From Enoplolaimus lenunculus (Eukaryota): a stretch of 64,000 nt of DNA. A model generated the notes under the pieces. That model made no database searches. It was not told where the DNA came from and saw only the letters and a list, made by a program, of their open reading frames with translations. The stretch lies in the NCBI GenBank assembly GCA_030248215.1, contig JASANG010003005.1, positions 248,001-312,000 on the forward strand, in the 5' to 3' direction. This document shows, one piece after another, positions 24,001-37,835 of the stretch (positions within the stretch are counted from its first letter, which is position 1; each line of letters starts with the position of its first letter). The translations under genes and the position numbers were made by a program.

Positions 24001-25566
24001 GCTTAGGAATATGCTTTATACTACTGTTCCGGCCCTGTTCTATACATTGGCCGACGTAAGTACAATTTATGCCGTTTGTTGTTCTATTCTTATATTTAGT
24101 TTAAATTACATTTTAACAATCCCGTTGTGTTTATTATGTAAAATATGCTCCCGAAGTTAAACTTTCCATGACTAAAACGTTTCGGGGTATCTTGACAAAA
24201 ATGATTTCTCTTGTATTGTCAAATCGCGAACCCTGAACCTGATATGGGGCCAAACATCGTGTCTGTTCGACCTTTGTGTTTGTTATTTCGTCGCAAAAAG
24301 CGTTGGGTTAAAATCAAAAACAACAGTCGAAAATTTGGCTACATTCTCGACATGGCCGTTTTTGTACTCCACGTCTGACTTAACCCCGAAAGTTTGACAT
24401 TTTGTATTTATTTCAGCAAAACATTTTGCAAGAAATGTGTTAATACGACAATCAAGATATTCTGGTCAAAAATTCTGTGCTGATTGGAAAAAATTGCCAG
24501 TTTTACAGGTTTGTAATTAATCCGCCTGGTTCATAAGCTACAAAACCAATTTTCTCGATTGATCTCGGCCAAACGCGGAAAAACGGATATCCCTTCCCGA
24601 GACGAGTTCCTGTGTACGCTGCTGTCACACTTGTGAGAGTTTTAGTTGGCACAAAAGGTACCCGTTCGAAATCAAATCTGTCAAAGACAATTGTATCGGA
24701 ATATGCTATGATTTACTCAAAAACATTCAGGTTTTTGAGGCCGTCTAGTGCTTTTTTTCGACTTTCTGAGAGAATATCGTTGAGCTTTTAAAACCGCAGC
24801 TGTTGCTTGACACATCGACCATCGATCTTGTAAAATATCAAACGTAAATGACGGATCGAGGTAACAGTTGTTTTTGACTTTCTCAACCTCGGTCGTCATA
24901 AACAGATCAGGAGCGTACACTACAAAAAATGGTGAGTCAAATTGACTCGCTTCGAAATAGGCTTTTCCTGACAACACAAACTGAGTCAAAATTTGACTCC
25001 GCCTGAGTTAAATTCAACTCAATTTGACTCTGGCGGAATCGAATTTTGACTCAGTTAGTGTAGTCAGGAAAAACCTATTTCGGAGAAAGTCAATTTGACT
25101 CACCATTTTTTGCAGTCCATAACAGTAAAAATTTATTTGAACCTGTTGTTTAAAAATAAATTTAAGGAAAAGATTTATTGTGTACAACGTTGCGCGGGCA
25201 AAACTAACGACCAATCATACTTTAGAAATACAATAAGGAACTTTATCAAAAACCAGAAAGTTCAACAAATTATTATGCACTGTAAAAGATGGGGAGTCAA
25301 ATTGACTCTCTTCGAAATAGGCTTTCCCTGACTATTCAAACTGAGTCAAAATTCGACTCCGCCTATGGTGGAGTCGAATTTGACTCAGTTTGAGCCGCCC
25401 TGTAGAGCCACTTACTATTTTTTGCAGTGGAGCCAACATTTCTGTACACCAAAGCGAAACAAAATTAAGAGAAACTATGCAGTAAATCTGATCATCAGAA
25501 TACAAAGCTCTTGATTTGCATACTGAAACCAAAAACGTGTGCTTTTAAAATCATTTTGGTTTTGTG

Positions 25567-25733
25567 CAGGCTCGTAGCCATCTCACCTTGCTAGGAAGGG
25601 CTAAAAAATTTTCAGGATGGGCATTCAAGGGTTTTCAATGAGTAATACAAGCAGGGTTGAAAACTTTCTATTTGGGGCCGAAATATTTCAGGGGGGGCTG
25701 AGCCCCCCTGGCCCTCCCTTGGCTGCGGGCGCA
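25567..25733. mobile_element. hAT-like MITE (CAGGCCCGTAGCC ends, 8-bp TSD)
   Basis: TSD GTTTTGTG. Other copies: 28510-28675 (TAGGTATT), 29481-29647 (ACCATCGA), 33862-34031, ~15474-15631, ~28987-29136, ~31300-31461, ~50620-50780, ~52440-52550. Confidence 0.8.
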
Positions 25734-26444
25734 GTTTTGTGACCTTTCATTTTTCAATATATGAAAATATTTTGATTCTTCGTAATGTTATTCTATAAAG
25801 CCGGTTAAAATTGCTTATTTCTTTGATCAGAAACTTCGCGATGGGATAAACATCCATCCACTATTTATATCGCTGCATACGCCGCTGAAATCCGTACCGG
25901 ATGGAAACGCGCACGCCTGTAGCCAGATAATTAACATATTTGGGGGGTGTAAAAATTTCGGGGATTTCAAAGATTTCAGATGGTATATAATAATAGTGGT
26001 TAAATGGTTTTACAAGGTATAGGCATTTTGGCAGGAGACCTGATAGTTATCTGGGCCCCCTCTGGCTATGGGCCTGTAAGGGCATAGATTCCTTTACTCG
26101 TTCAAGGAAGTCTTATTTTGCGATGCACCAATTACTACAGAACAATCATTGGTCAGCAGAGGTTTTTAAAGTCGCTAAAGCATTTGAAATATTTCAAATT
26201 TGTATATTTTTGTTTTTATGGTCGTGGAACTTACACGACCGGAAGATCTACTGTATAAATTTTAAAGAATTCAACACAAATCACATGGTTTTTGATGACA
26301 ATTTTACGATTTATTGTTTGTTCTTGGCGTTTTCAAATGATGTCTGATTTTAAATGTCAATTGTGTTGCTAGTCTTTGGCAGCTGCTTTCGTGTATTTTC
26401 TGTCGTAATCACAGATTAAGCTGACGGAAGTGTCGGGGTTCACT

Positions 26445-26942
26445 TGACAGCCTATTTCTAAGCTTAAGCGAAAGCTTAAGCAAGCCTACGCGTAAGGATG
26501 AGCCTATTTCTAAGCTTAACCCTAAGCCTAAGCTTAAGCAAGCCTACGCGTAAGGATGAGCCTATTTCTAAGCTTAACCCTAAGCCTAAGCTTAATCAAG
26601 CCTACGCGTAAGGATGAGCCTATTTCTAAGCCTAAGCCTAAGCCTAAGCCTAAGCCTAAGCCTAAGCCTACGCGTAAGGATGAGCCTATTTCTAAGCTTA
26701 ACCCTAAGCCTAAGCTTAAGCAAGCCTACGCGTAAGGATAAGCCTATTTCTAAGCTTAACCATAAGCCTAAGCTTAATCAAGCCTACGCGTAAGGATGAG
26801 CCTATTTCTAAGCCTAAGCCTAAGCCTAAGCCTATTCCTAAACCTAAGCCTAAACCTAAAGCAAAAATGTAAGTCTAAAGTTTAAACTAACTCTATTACA
26901 GCATCGCAGACAAACGATTCGGATCTGTTCTATACATGGGTT
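26445..26942 (+). repeat. ~51-bp telomere-derived minisatellite within a TTAGGC MITE
   Basis: Units of AGCCTATTTCTAAGCTTAACCCTAAGCCTAAGCTTAAGCAAGCCTACGCGTAAGGATG type; ends in the family right end GATCTGTTCTATACATGGG. Confidence 0.85.
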
Positions 26943-27349
26943 CATTTGAGAATATGGCCACATATTCAACAGGCTCCCATTACATCACAATGGTGCCTTA
27001 CGGTATAACCGTTGTCAGCGTCGAGAGAGTGATTAATTTCTCGTTACCGGAGAAATTTTGCTTTTTGATTTGCGCGTGCAGTTTTCACTAATAATCGTTT
27101 ATGGCTCGTAATGGTGTTGTTACTAAATAATATTGCGTATTAAGTTTTGACGTTTTGGCGCACATTTTCCATCTTCTTGTTTGTTTTGATTTCAAAATGA
27201 ATGGCGTCGTTTTGAAACCGGGAAACTGTATTTTTGTTCGGCAACGGTAAATGACCGAACGAGGCCGTTCGTTTGAACATTTTTGAGATTAGCAAGTTGA
27301 ACCTGCTGAAACGTTTGGTTTTGTAAAACTTTGAAAAATTGTACCACTG

Positions 27350-27601
27350 CACTGTAAAATTCCAATGAGTTGATTGTACCAATCAGCTAGCGAGTGAGTT
27401 ATTCTGAATTAAAATCAGTATCCATTAACTCACTCAGAGTTGAGTTGATTCTCTTTCTGAGTTGAATTGACTCTGGGTGAGTTGATTAAATTACTCAGGA
27501 CGAATTGAATCAACTCAAAATTTTGAGTTCTGATAGTCCTAACTCAGTCAGAGTGATTCAACTCATTCTGAGTTAAAATCAACTCATTGAAATTTAAAGT
27601 G
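27350..27601. mobile_element. CACTG-ended MITE family B (CMC/EnSpm-like, GAGTTGA subterminal repeats, 2-bp TSD)
   Basis: CACTGTAAA...TTTACAGTG consensus ends; TSD TG here. Other copies: 43432-43683 (TA), 51018-51267 (TG), 51530-52119 (TA), 56490-56737 (AT), 61117-61365, 61614-61864 (TG), partial ~45146-45260. Confidence 0.8.
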
Positions 27602-30600
27602 TGCCCAAAATGACGTATCCATGAGCTGGGGGATGTATCTCCCTGGCCCCGTTAAGCCGAAAGTTTTGTGATGCAAATATTCTGTGTATATATTCACGGT
27701 GTGTTTTCTAGCCTAAATTGGTGGAAAATACGAAGGATTAATAAAGAGAAAAAATTGGTGCCGTCGACGAAATTGGCATATGTTCCAAAATTTTGATGAA
27801 CCGCACTTAAAAGGTATTTACATTTTGAGAAGACACAAGAGTCCTCAGACCCACTCTGAAGATCTCTCATTCTGCAGAGAATACCGATGCCAAATCGGCT
27901 CCACACCTGGTATATCGGTACCTCCTACCCAATACAGAAAGTGCGTCCGTCAGGCAAAACGGCAACACGATCTCATACACTGTAAAAAAGGGGAGTCAAA
28001 TTGACTCCATCGGAAACAGGCGGCTTTTCCTGACTACACAAACTGAGTCAAATTTGACTCCGCCAGAGTCAAATTCAATTCAATTTGACTCCGCATTTTT
28101 TACAGTGCACAGTTTGTATTTTTGTTTAGTTATAAGCGATTTTTGGCAAAAGTAACTTACCAAATTTTGCTACGAGATAACTCAACCAAATTTTACCATT
28201 AAAATCATTTGAAAATTAGGAAGTTTTTTGACCATAGAATGAGGCTAGCCGTTACTGTGGTATACAGAAATTCACAAGGGCGTGTAACCCATGTTATCTC
28301 TATATATTGGTGTCGTGTACGTTGCACCACAGGTAAAATTTTTCATTTCTATTATCAGTCAAATTCATCAAATTTCATGAATTCGTGGGAAGAACACAAA
28401 ATTTAACGTTGTAAAATTACTGGTGAAGTAAAATGAGCACCGGTTGCCGTAGGTCTTTAAGCTGAGGCATAGATAGCTGGCACAAAACTTAGCCAAATGC
28501 TTAGGTATTTGTGCCCGTAACCAAGAGGGTGCCAGGGGGCGCTCAGTCCTCCTGGAACCAATTTGCCTTCCCCTAGAAAATTTTCATCATTTGCCTGTAA
28601 GTCATTGAAAATCCTTGTACACCCCTCCTGAAAATTTTTTAGCCCCCCTAGCAAGGTGAGATGGCTACAAGCCTGTAGGTATTTAGGTGTATGACTTTTC
28701 CTAAGAATTAATTTTAGTTCACAGTGTACATCTACGCAACCGCTGTACAAAAGCTCGACGTTGTTATCAATTCATTATTTGTAATAGCAACATCGGCTTC
28801 GATATTAAGCGGTGACAGTATTAGTGTTTCATAAAATATACAAAATATATTCGTTATCTGGCAATTTGATAGCGGCGATAAAGCTTAAGACTATACAAAT
28901 ATTTTGGTTGTCTCAAATGTAAAATTAGCAACTAAAGCGTGGTGTATCTCGAATCCGTTGTATTTGAATAAATGTTGCCGCCTAATCAGGCCCGTAGCCA
29001 GCTCACCTTGGTAGGAGATGGAGGTTGCAAATTTTTACAAGTGGGGCAAACAACTTACAAGCAAGGTTGAAAATTTTGAGGCTAAAATTTTTCCATGGGG
29101 CTGAGACAACCCTGGCTCTCCGTTGGCTACGGGTCCACAATTAATAATTTAAATATAAACACATTTTAATCGAACAAAGCCAGACCATGTTTTTTGATGT
29201 AGCGAAAATAATATGCTAATATCATTTTTTGCCATTATCAGCTTACGGTTTAAAGTTATCAAGTTAATTAAGAAGGTATTACATAGTTATCGGTGCTTAA
29301 GCCTATATTATTATCAAAGGTGTTATATAAATTTCAATTTATTAAAATTTTCGCTTTGACATTTTTGTCCTAATGTGATTTTATATAGAGGATGTGCAAC
29401 TGCTACAGGTCAACAAACCGGTGCTGTAGCCCGGTGTAATGCCCATACTCTCGATGGAGGTGTCATTTTTTAACCATCGACGGGCCCGCAGACAGGGGGA
29501 ACCAGGATGGATCTGCCCCCTTTGGAAAAATTTTCGCCCTCAATAGAAAAATTTCAAACCTTGCTTGTAAAGTCAACGAAAACCCTTGTATGCGCTTCCT
29601 GAAAAAGTCTTAGCCTCCCCTAACCAGATGAGCTGGCTACGGGCCTGACCATCGAACGGCAACGTTTGCTGATTGGCCACAATGTCGATATTGGTTTTGT
29701 CCTTCTTTTAATGTAGAGTCTGAGTACCGGAGCTACAGGTCGCTTGGTTGAAACGCTCGAAAGGGGCCTGAGCTGAAATCAACACGGCGTTTGAAGATAA
29801 ATATCAATTTTGAAACCCCACTGAACCCAAGACTACAGTTTTACAAGATGCGCGAGTACAAATAAATGGGCCCATGTATAGAAAAGGGGCCGGAACAGTA
29901 GTTTAAGCATATTCCTCAGCATAAGTCTAAGCCTAAGCCTATGAATGAGCCTAAGCAAAAAATTAGTCTAAAGCTTAAACTGACTGTTATATCTCCTCCG
30001 GACAACGATCCGACCCTGTTCTATAGATGGGCCGATTATTTCAAGGTTTAAGTGGTACTATTCCTAAGCATAAGTCTAAGCTTAAGCCTAAGCGTATGAA
30101 TGAGCCTATTCCTAAGCGTAAGCCTAAGCCTAAGCTAAAAAAATTAGTCTAAACCTTAAACGGACTCTATTATAAGCGCTCCGGAAAACGATCCGACCCT
30201 GTTCGATACATGGACCAACAAATGTGTCTCGCTTACTCGCGGTATTTGTTCAACTGGTGCCCTCGAAGTTCATTCTTAGAACCAATAATCACCACTCTGG
30301 TGCAAAATGAACCTTTTTGTAATTTAAAGGGACCGAAGTATAACTTTAGAAGCAGGCTGGGGCAGCCATCTATTTGACGCCAACAATTCACTATGAAACG
30401 CCCAAAATACATAAATGTCGGCAATTAATCATTGATCGACAGTTTACGCAGTGTAATTATTGCTTTTTAGGCAAAATTTCATTACAATTATTAATGTATA
30501 ATTTCTTTCTTTGATGCCATAATTGCATTTTTTATGCATGCTTTATGTCTATCAGTTGCGGATTATTCAGAGGCGCCGAGGGTGGCGTACGGACCTCTGT

Positions 30601-31826
30601 CAGAAATTTTTTTGTGATAAAATCGTAAGGTCCCTCTAGCTTACAATTATTCCACTGAGAAAATGTTTTTGTGTTTTTGTGATAAAACCTTACAATTTTT
30701 CGCCGTGGACAATTTTGGGCGATAAAATGATAAGGTCGCTTCTATACAAGTTTTCCTCTAAGAAACATTTTTTGGTGATAAAATGATAAGGTCCCTACCT
30801 TACAATTTTTGCGTTTCAGAACATTTGCCATCCCGCCCGCCCCGTTAGAAATTTTTGCATCCGCCTCTGACGTCTACGTCACTAAACGTCATTGTGCTGT
30901 GCGTTATGCAATGTGTCTCCCATATGTGAATTGCCGATGTATTGCAGTTCACTGCACGAATGCTTGCCGATAGCATGTAGTCGATATATGGTCGACGATA
31001 GAAGCAGTTCGGCGTAGCGTAGAGCAATTGCATCACAAAGCATGCAATGCAGATACATTGTCAATCGAATTCGAAACTAGCCGTAACCCGCTTTTCCGGA
31101 TACTTAGCTAGCTCGATCAAAGTACCGGTTCCTAACTGGACAGGAAAATATATCAGTTTGTATTGTATGCCTGTCACTATGCTGTAAAGTCACGTGAACC
31201 CCCAAAAACACCCAGCTTACATTTGTTTAACGTACAGACAGACGGCAAAAAATAAATGCATCGAGAAACATCTAATGGCTCATATTACGTCTCGATTCTC
31301 GTAGCCAAGGAGGGGCCAGGGGGGGCTCAGTCCTCTTATGGAAAATTTTGGGGCCCCCTAGGAAGTTTTGAACCTTGCTTGTAATTCATTGACAACCCTT
31401 GAATGCCCCTCCTGGAAAATTTTTTAGCCCCTCCTAGCAAAGTGAGCTGGCTACGGGCTTGGGGAGCTAGTGTTGCTAGCTTAATTTAAAAAGCATGCCA
31501 AAGGGTGTTTAGTCTCCTAAAATTGCTAGTTCGATGATATACCGATCAATTTTGCTTGTACACAGACACACATGCCTGACGTAACAGTAAAATACATGAG
31601 AGTGTAGCAATTACGAAAAATTCGAAACATTTCTTCTTGCCATCCAATATAATTTGTATATCTGAACTTTAGAGCCGAAACAAGGGATGCTTATAAATGG
31701 TGTTTTTGAGAAGGAAACCTGAAATTCTGGCATTGCAGAATTTATAATAAAAATGTATTCAGATTCAAAACATATCGACAATTATGATTTTTATCTCATC
31801 GCATTAATTTATAGCAAATGCAAACA

Positions 31827-31908
31827 ATATATATATATATATTTATATATATTTATATATATATTTATATATATGTATATACGTATATATGTATATATAA
31901 ATATATAT
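31827..31908. repeat. Degenerate (AT)n microsatellite
   Basis: Interrupted ATATAT run. Confidence 0.85.
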
Positions 31909-34900
31909 CGATTATAGAAATTTCTCGACTACTTAGCATTAGATTGTGTTGTGTTTTTGTATAAAAAATATACATGAAAACTCAAACAATGCGTACTGTT
32001 GTTCTTAAAAAACCATTAAAAGTGTTAAAATTAACATTTAAGAAAAAAGTTATTTTTACAGAAATCGGCGATAAATTTTCTAATTTTTGATTAATTATTT
32101 CAAATTAAAGTACTTCTGTAATCGAGAAACATTTGTTGCAAAAAACGAGCAGTTTATAGCGACCGCGGTAGGCAGTACTAATCAACGAGTACCACTGTCG
32201 CAGCATAAATTAGATGCAAATGTGACGCGCAACAAATGTACTGTTTGTTTCGCAGTCTGTATATGGTCATGCATTTAGCATGTGATAATCATGTGAATTG
32301 TTGGAATTTTTGAGGCCCATGTTTCTTTAAGGGGCGTCCAGGTTTGTGGTGGGTCTATAAAAGAGTAGGTTTAGATTCTAGAGTACATTTTTTGCTTAGG
32401 CTTAGGCTTAGGCTAAGGAACACATTTTTGCAACGCTTAGGCTTAGACTTAGGAATATGCTCAGTGTACTGTTATGCCCCTAAAATTAACATTGGACGAA
32501 ATTTTTATGAATTTTTGTTGGAATTTCGGCTTCCGTACACTTTCCTCCTTCGATTTACGCTTAGGCTGAGGTTTGATGGGGGAAATATTCAGGATCTGTG
32601 ACAATATTCACCGACCGACAAGTTGTCGCCCAACAGTGTCCTGAAGCCTACAAATAAACCTAAGCATAACCCTAAGCGTAATCCTAAGCCTAAGACAATC
32701 ATAATGATGGGCGACGATTTGTCGGGCCCATGTATAGAACAGGGCCGGATCGTTTGCGGAGGGGCTATAATAGTCAGTTTAAGCTTTAGACTAATTTTTT
32801 TGCTTAGGCTTAGGCTTAGGCTTAGGCTCATGCATACGCTTAGGCTTAAGCTTAGGCTTAGGCCTAGGAATATGCTTATACTACTGTTCCGGCCCTTTCT
32901 TTTCATATGCCATTTGGCAAATCGATGAAATTTCGGATTACACATTGTCGGGTAACGAGTTGTCGGGCAACGAATTGTCGTGTTTACCAAGTGTAGAAGA
33001 GTTGAAATTTTTTCTAGCATGGGACGTACCGCACGCTCTTTAGTCCAATTTAGTATTGTCACGGTAGACACACTGCTTTTGCAACAAAACTTTAGCAATC
33101 GACCATTTCTATTTTATGAGCCTATTTGCATTTCCGTTGTTTCCGATGCCGGCCCTAACTAATCCGGACTTCTCGGGTGGGGCAAGTGTATAAGCTTCGC
33201 CAGTGCAATATTACGTAGCTAGCTTTTCTCCGTTGCAATTCAAAAATAACATTATTAAAGCTGGAACACGCTTCATACGTATTTTGGGCATCGTTCCAGC
33301 GCAAGTAAGCATTGTTTTTAACAATATATTACAGACTGTTCTATAAATGAATTAATACAATTAAATTAGATAGTCTAATTCTGTAGAATAATGCCTTCTT
33401 TCATATAGTATATATACACTTTGTGAAAACGTGTGAAACCTCAGTGCTTTTAGGAAAATTGCACACGGCTGCAACCTCGGCTACTAAAGTGCAAGTTATA
33501 ACTGCAAACTGTAAAACAATAACAACTTTTTGGTTCCGCATAAATACAAGTAGTGGTAACAGTAAATAAAATCATAGCTTTCGCATTGACGGACGTTTTA
33601 TTGGACACCCATCGCTATATTGGCCAGTGTATTTAAAGTTTTTTCTTAATTATATCAATTCTACTGAATTTTTTTTAGACTATTTTAGTTAAAATCATGA
33701 AAAATATTATTGCCGAGCACAACCATATTCCGTTTTTAAGCCGTTGTTGGTTAAACTGGTTAAACATGCTTTGGGTTCGATGACGTTTGATAGAACCATA
33801 AACCAGCTGACTATTTTCCTGCACAGTTTCACGTTCAGTTTACCAGTACAAGTATTGGATACAGGCCCGTAGCCAGCTCACCTCTTGCTATGGGAGGGGG
33901 GCTAAAAATTTTTTCAGGAGAACCACTCAAGGGTTTTGACTTGCAAGCAAGGTTGAATATTTTATGGGGGGAATTTTTCTAAGGGGTCTGAGCCTCCCCC
34001 CCCCCCGGCCCCCATCTACGCTACGGTGCCTATTGTATATATTTATGTTTGCGCATTAATTATATATGCTGATTCTACATTTATATTCATTTTTGGGCTG
34101 GATTCCATGTGCCTAATATAGTCATAATCCATCGGTAGACAGTGTATGATCAGTCCAAGGCGAATATATATTCCAAAGAACCACTGTGTCGGATCCAAGC
34201 GGAACACGTCTTCCTAGACACACAAAAGGGATCAAAAACCAAGATTTTTGTATTAAAGTTTGACCACTCTAATGGCGTTTGGCTTGTTCGCTTCGCTGGC
34301 GAGTTTGTTTTCCGCCATTATATTTCGCACGGGTGCCCCCCATTCTGAAATTTCTGCATCTGCCAATGGTTCCAAAATTGAACAGGACGAGAAATAAAAG
34401 CGTAGCTATGTGTTTTCCGGTTACTGTTTGGTTCAAAAATGATTGGCATTTTTATACTTGACACAACTTTGCTATGCCGTGTATCTGAAGTACGTAAATT
34501 TTCATTGCGATGAGGGACGTTTATGCTTTAGTATGGTTAACGTATCGAAACCATGGGATACAACCAATGGCGGATCCATGGGGGGCCACCCCGGCCGTGC
34601 CCCCCAATAGCATCTCGACAAAAATTATATAGTGTCAATTGCTGTTCTACACTGTTTATTTCTCTGTGTTATACACAATAGTATAAGTACGCTTTAAAGT
34701 TTCGAACTCACCTTTATTTGGCCCTTTAGTCATTTATGCGCTATAATTAGGGATAATAGACATTTATGGACTCTAACAAGGGTTTAAGGACTCTATCCGC
34801 TTACGGACTCTTATTAGGGATACGGACTCCTATTATTTGGGACTCAAAATGAGGACCTTCCTCTTATTTGGCTCACTACAGTATGGGTCAAAAATAAGTT

Positions 34901-35220
34901 TATTACCTGTGAAATTTTGGCCACCCCCCATTTTGAGATCCTGGATGCGTCACTGAATACAACAGTATATGGTTTGTGTTAGTTTCGAGAAGATTTTGTC
35001 TGGTATATGTTATTAGGGGTGGCACTGGCAACAACACCCATAATATAATAGCGACTTTATCAAATTGTGAAATTTGTAAAAGGTCAAGACTACCCACGTG
35101 ATACAGAAATTGACCCGTGTGTTAACCCCACGTCCCGAACCGTAGCCAGCTGACACCTTGCTAGGGAATGCTAAACAGTTTTCAGGAGAGGTCCAGGGCT
35201 GGATTACCTAAGGTGGTGTG

Positions 35221-35392
35221 CAGTGGCGGATCAAGGATCTCAAAATGGGGGGCCAAAATTTCACAGGCAATAAACTTACTTTTGACCTATACACAAACCA
35301 CAAACTATTGTCACAAAATTGCTATAGCATTTTTGTCGAGATGCTGTTGGGGGGGGGCATGGCCGGGGTGGCCCCCCATGAATCCGCCATTG
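35221..35392. mobile_element. hAT-like MITE (CAGTGGCGGAT ends)
   Basis: TSD GTGGTGTG/GTGATGTG. Other copies: 34565-34955 (GATACAAC/AATACAAC, interrupted by another repeat) and ~59460-59629. Confidence 0.75.
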
Positions 35393-35825
35393 GTGATGTG
35401 AAGTCCGAGGTCCATATGCCAAAACTAATACACCATCAATATTAAAATTAGCAGACAACAGTTCAATTCAAAATAATACTAATGTAGTCTTGTACAGTTT
35501 AATATTTATCGAGATATATAACCTGACCCGGAGCATACAATCCGTACTTCCCAAAATTCCCATCGTGGTTTTGATGGCGTGTTATCCATTGAAACATGGT
35601 GTCGGTTTTCGGTTTTTGGGATGGCACCTTTTTGTAGAAGGCTCGGATCCTGGGACCTTACCCTTCAATCTGGCGCAGACAGCGGTATAGAAGGGTTTTC
35701 GATAAACTTTACAAGCAAGGTTGAAAACTGTGTTTAGGGGGGCAAAATCCTAGCAGAAGGGTTGACCACCTTGGCCCAGTTTTGGCCACGGGCCCGCTAT
35801 AGTCTAATATTCTTTACCCGACCCG

Positions 35826-36204
35826 CAGGGTGCAACTGGAGGTGCATAGTATCAGAGCCGGAGCCGGAGGTCAAAGAAACTTGCCGGAGCCGGAGGTGAG
35901 GCGAAATTAGGTAGTAAAAATAATGGTTAATTAGTTAATTTTAGCCAATTTCTGTAATATGTTGTTAAGTTGTTTGATTTTGCGCTAATTTTCTGCGAAA
36001 TTTTACAAATTCTTTCCTGAAAATTGTAACAAAAATGAAACATATTAACGCGCTAAACAGATAAATTTTGCAAAATTATGCAAAATTTCGCAACCGAAAT
36101 TCGCGGAACCTCCAGCAAAAATTCTACCGGAGCCGCGGAGTCGGAGCCGGAGGCCGATTTTCTTCCGCAGCCGGAGCCGGAGGCAGACCTCCGGTTGTAC
36201 CCTA
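35826..36204. mobile_element. hAT-like element with GGAGCC subterminal repeats
   Basis: TIR CAGGGTGCAACTGGAGGT / ACCTCCGGTTGTACCCTA; perfect 8-bp TSD CCGACCCG. Confidence 0.85.
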
Positions 36205-36771
36205 CCGACCCGCATTGAACGAGCGAATGCCTGCGGGTTGCTACAAATAAAACTTTGGTTGTACTCACTACTCCGTCCAACTCGGGACAGCGTTGGCTGA
36301 TAAGTGTTGCGTCAAAATGTCGTTGTTGTCTAAGTAGGCGTGTAAATTTTAGTTTTAGATGACAAATTATATATTTACAAATATTTACATCGATATGATA
36401 AGAATTATCGCGAAAACTGAACACAAGACACACCGAAATCGAAGTTTCTCCCCTATAATAAAAAAAACACCACCAGTTCCGCATAGAAATTAATGATTGT
36501 CTTTGCCGTAATTGTAACTTACGCTTTTTCACTGACTACTCTACTTTTGCTCTGTGAATTTACTTCTATTAATGGCTATGGGTCGTTATTTGTATCAGTT
36601 ATCTTGAATTTTTTGCTTCGCCACCCATTTTTAGCTACAGAACAGGGTTTATTATTAGCTGTACGAAAATCAAAATAAAACGCCTATGGTTACGTATATT
36701 TGGACATTGTTCCAGCTAATGTTTAGCGTTTATGTTTTAATGTCATGTAATGCTGTTCTGGACTTTAATGC

Positions 36772-37030
36772 AACTTCTACAATATCATGCGTACACAAGG
36801 TACCTTTTGAGGGGATAGTGATAGACACTGAAGCCAAAAAAACTTCAGTGTCCAACAGACTGTAAAGCCAAAAAGCAGTCAGTGTTCAGTGTACTAACGC
36901 TTGACACTAAGGCCAAAAAAGCTTCAATATTGTGGTTTCAGTATTCAGGATACTGAATCTAAAAAACCATCAGTGTCAATTACACTACTCCGTCAAAAGT
37001 TACCTGGCGTACGCATGATTTTGTGGAAGT
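36772..37030. mobile_element. Palindromic MITE (unassigned)
   Basis: Imperfect TIR AACTTCTACAATATCATGCGTAC / GTACGCATGATTTTGTGGAAGTT; internal ACACTGAA repeats. Confidence 0.6.
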
Positions 37031-37109
37031 TTTCAATGAATTTTGGTCTCCATATGTCAAATTAACGAGACGTGCAGTTTTCCGCGGGACAGCAACAAGC
37101 TCGGAATGC

Positions 37110-37835
37110 AACGGCAAACTTGTCCTGTATGCTTTTTGGGAGAGACAGTTCTAAGCCTATGTTTTTGCTGGGTCGAACGGGACAGCCGGTACAACTTCGG
37201 GCCTTTGTTTTCGTTGAGTCGGCCAGGACATTTGGCCAAATTCGAGTCTGTTTATTGGGTATGTCGGAATAGCCAGAAGCAGCTTCGACGATATCCTTAT
37301 ATACGTAAAACATATATAAATGTACACATATATACATTATATACATACAAGGTATCCAAAATGTTCCAGCGTTCCCGTTGAAAAATGTAAGCTTCTAAGC
37401 AAGGAATACCGGAACCAAAAAGTGAATATCATACCGGATGATTTACCGGAATAGTGTAAATATATCGGAACAGCTCTAGAGCATATATTTTGCTGACACA
37501 GCAGTTTTGATCCCATATCTTTGATGGGACAGTTTTGTCCCAGCAAACAAACATACCTCAAAGCTGTCTCGACCGACTCAGAGAAACATGGGCTCGCAGC
37601 CTGCTATTCCGACCGACCTAGGAAAAACACAGGCTTGAAGTTGTACCAACCAACCCAGCACAAAATATAGGCTCAAAGCTGTCTTGACCAACCCAGGATA
37701 AAACATAGCCATAAAACCTTACGACCGACCGAACAAAACTTATGCTTGCGATTTTTCCTACTAAATCAGCGCAAAATCTGGCCGTCATACAGGAGTGGCT
37801 GCGCTGCAATCCTGGTCGCAAATTTTCTACCCGGT
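37110..37835. mobile_element. Old diverged relative of the 92-3400 foldback element
   Basis: 37735-37830 matches 3270-3365 (GCGATTTTTCCTAC...CGTCATACAGGAGTGGCTGCG...CCTGGTC); degenerate inverted arms lie upstream. Confidence 0.6.

Noticed and set aside
24400..24915. Possible minus-strand coding remnant (MTTEVEKVKNNCYLDPSFTFDILQDRW...)
   Set aside because: No recognisable domain, interrupted by stops, and the ORF start lies in a MITE. BLASTX would be needed to assess it.
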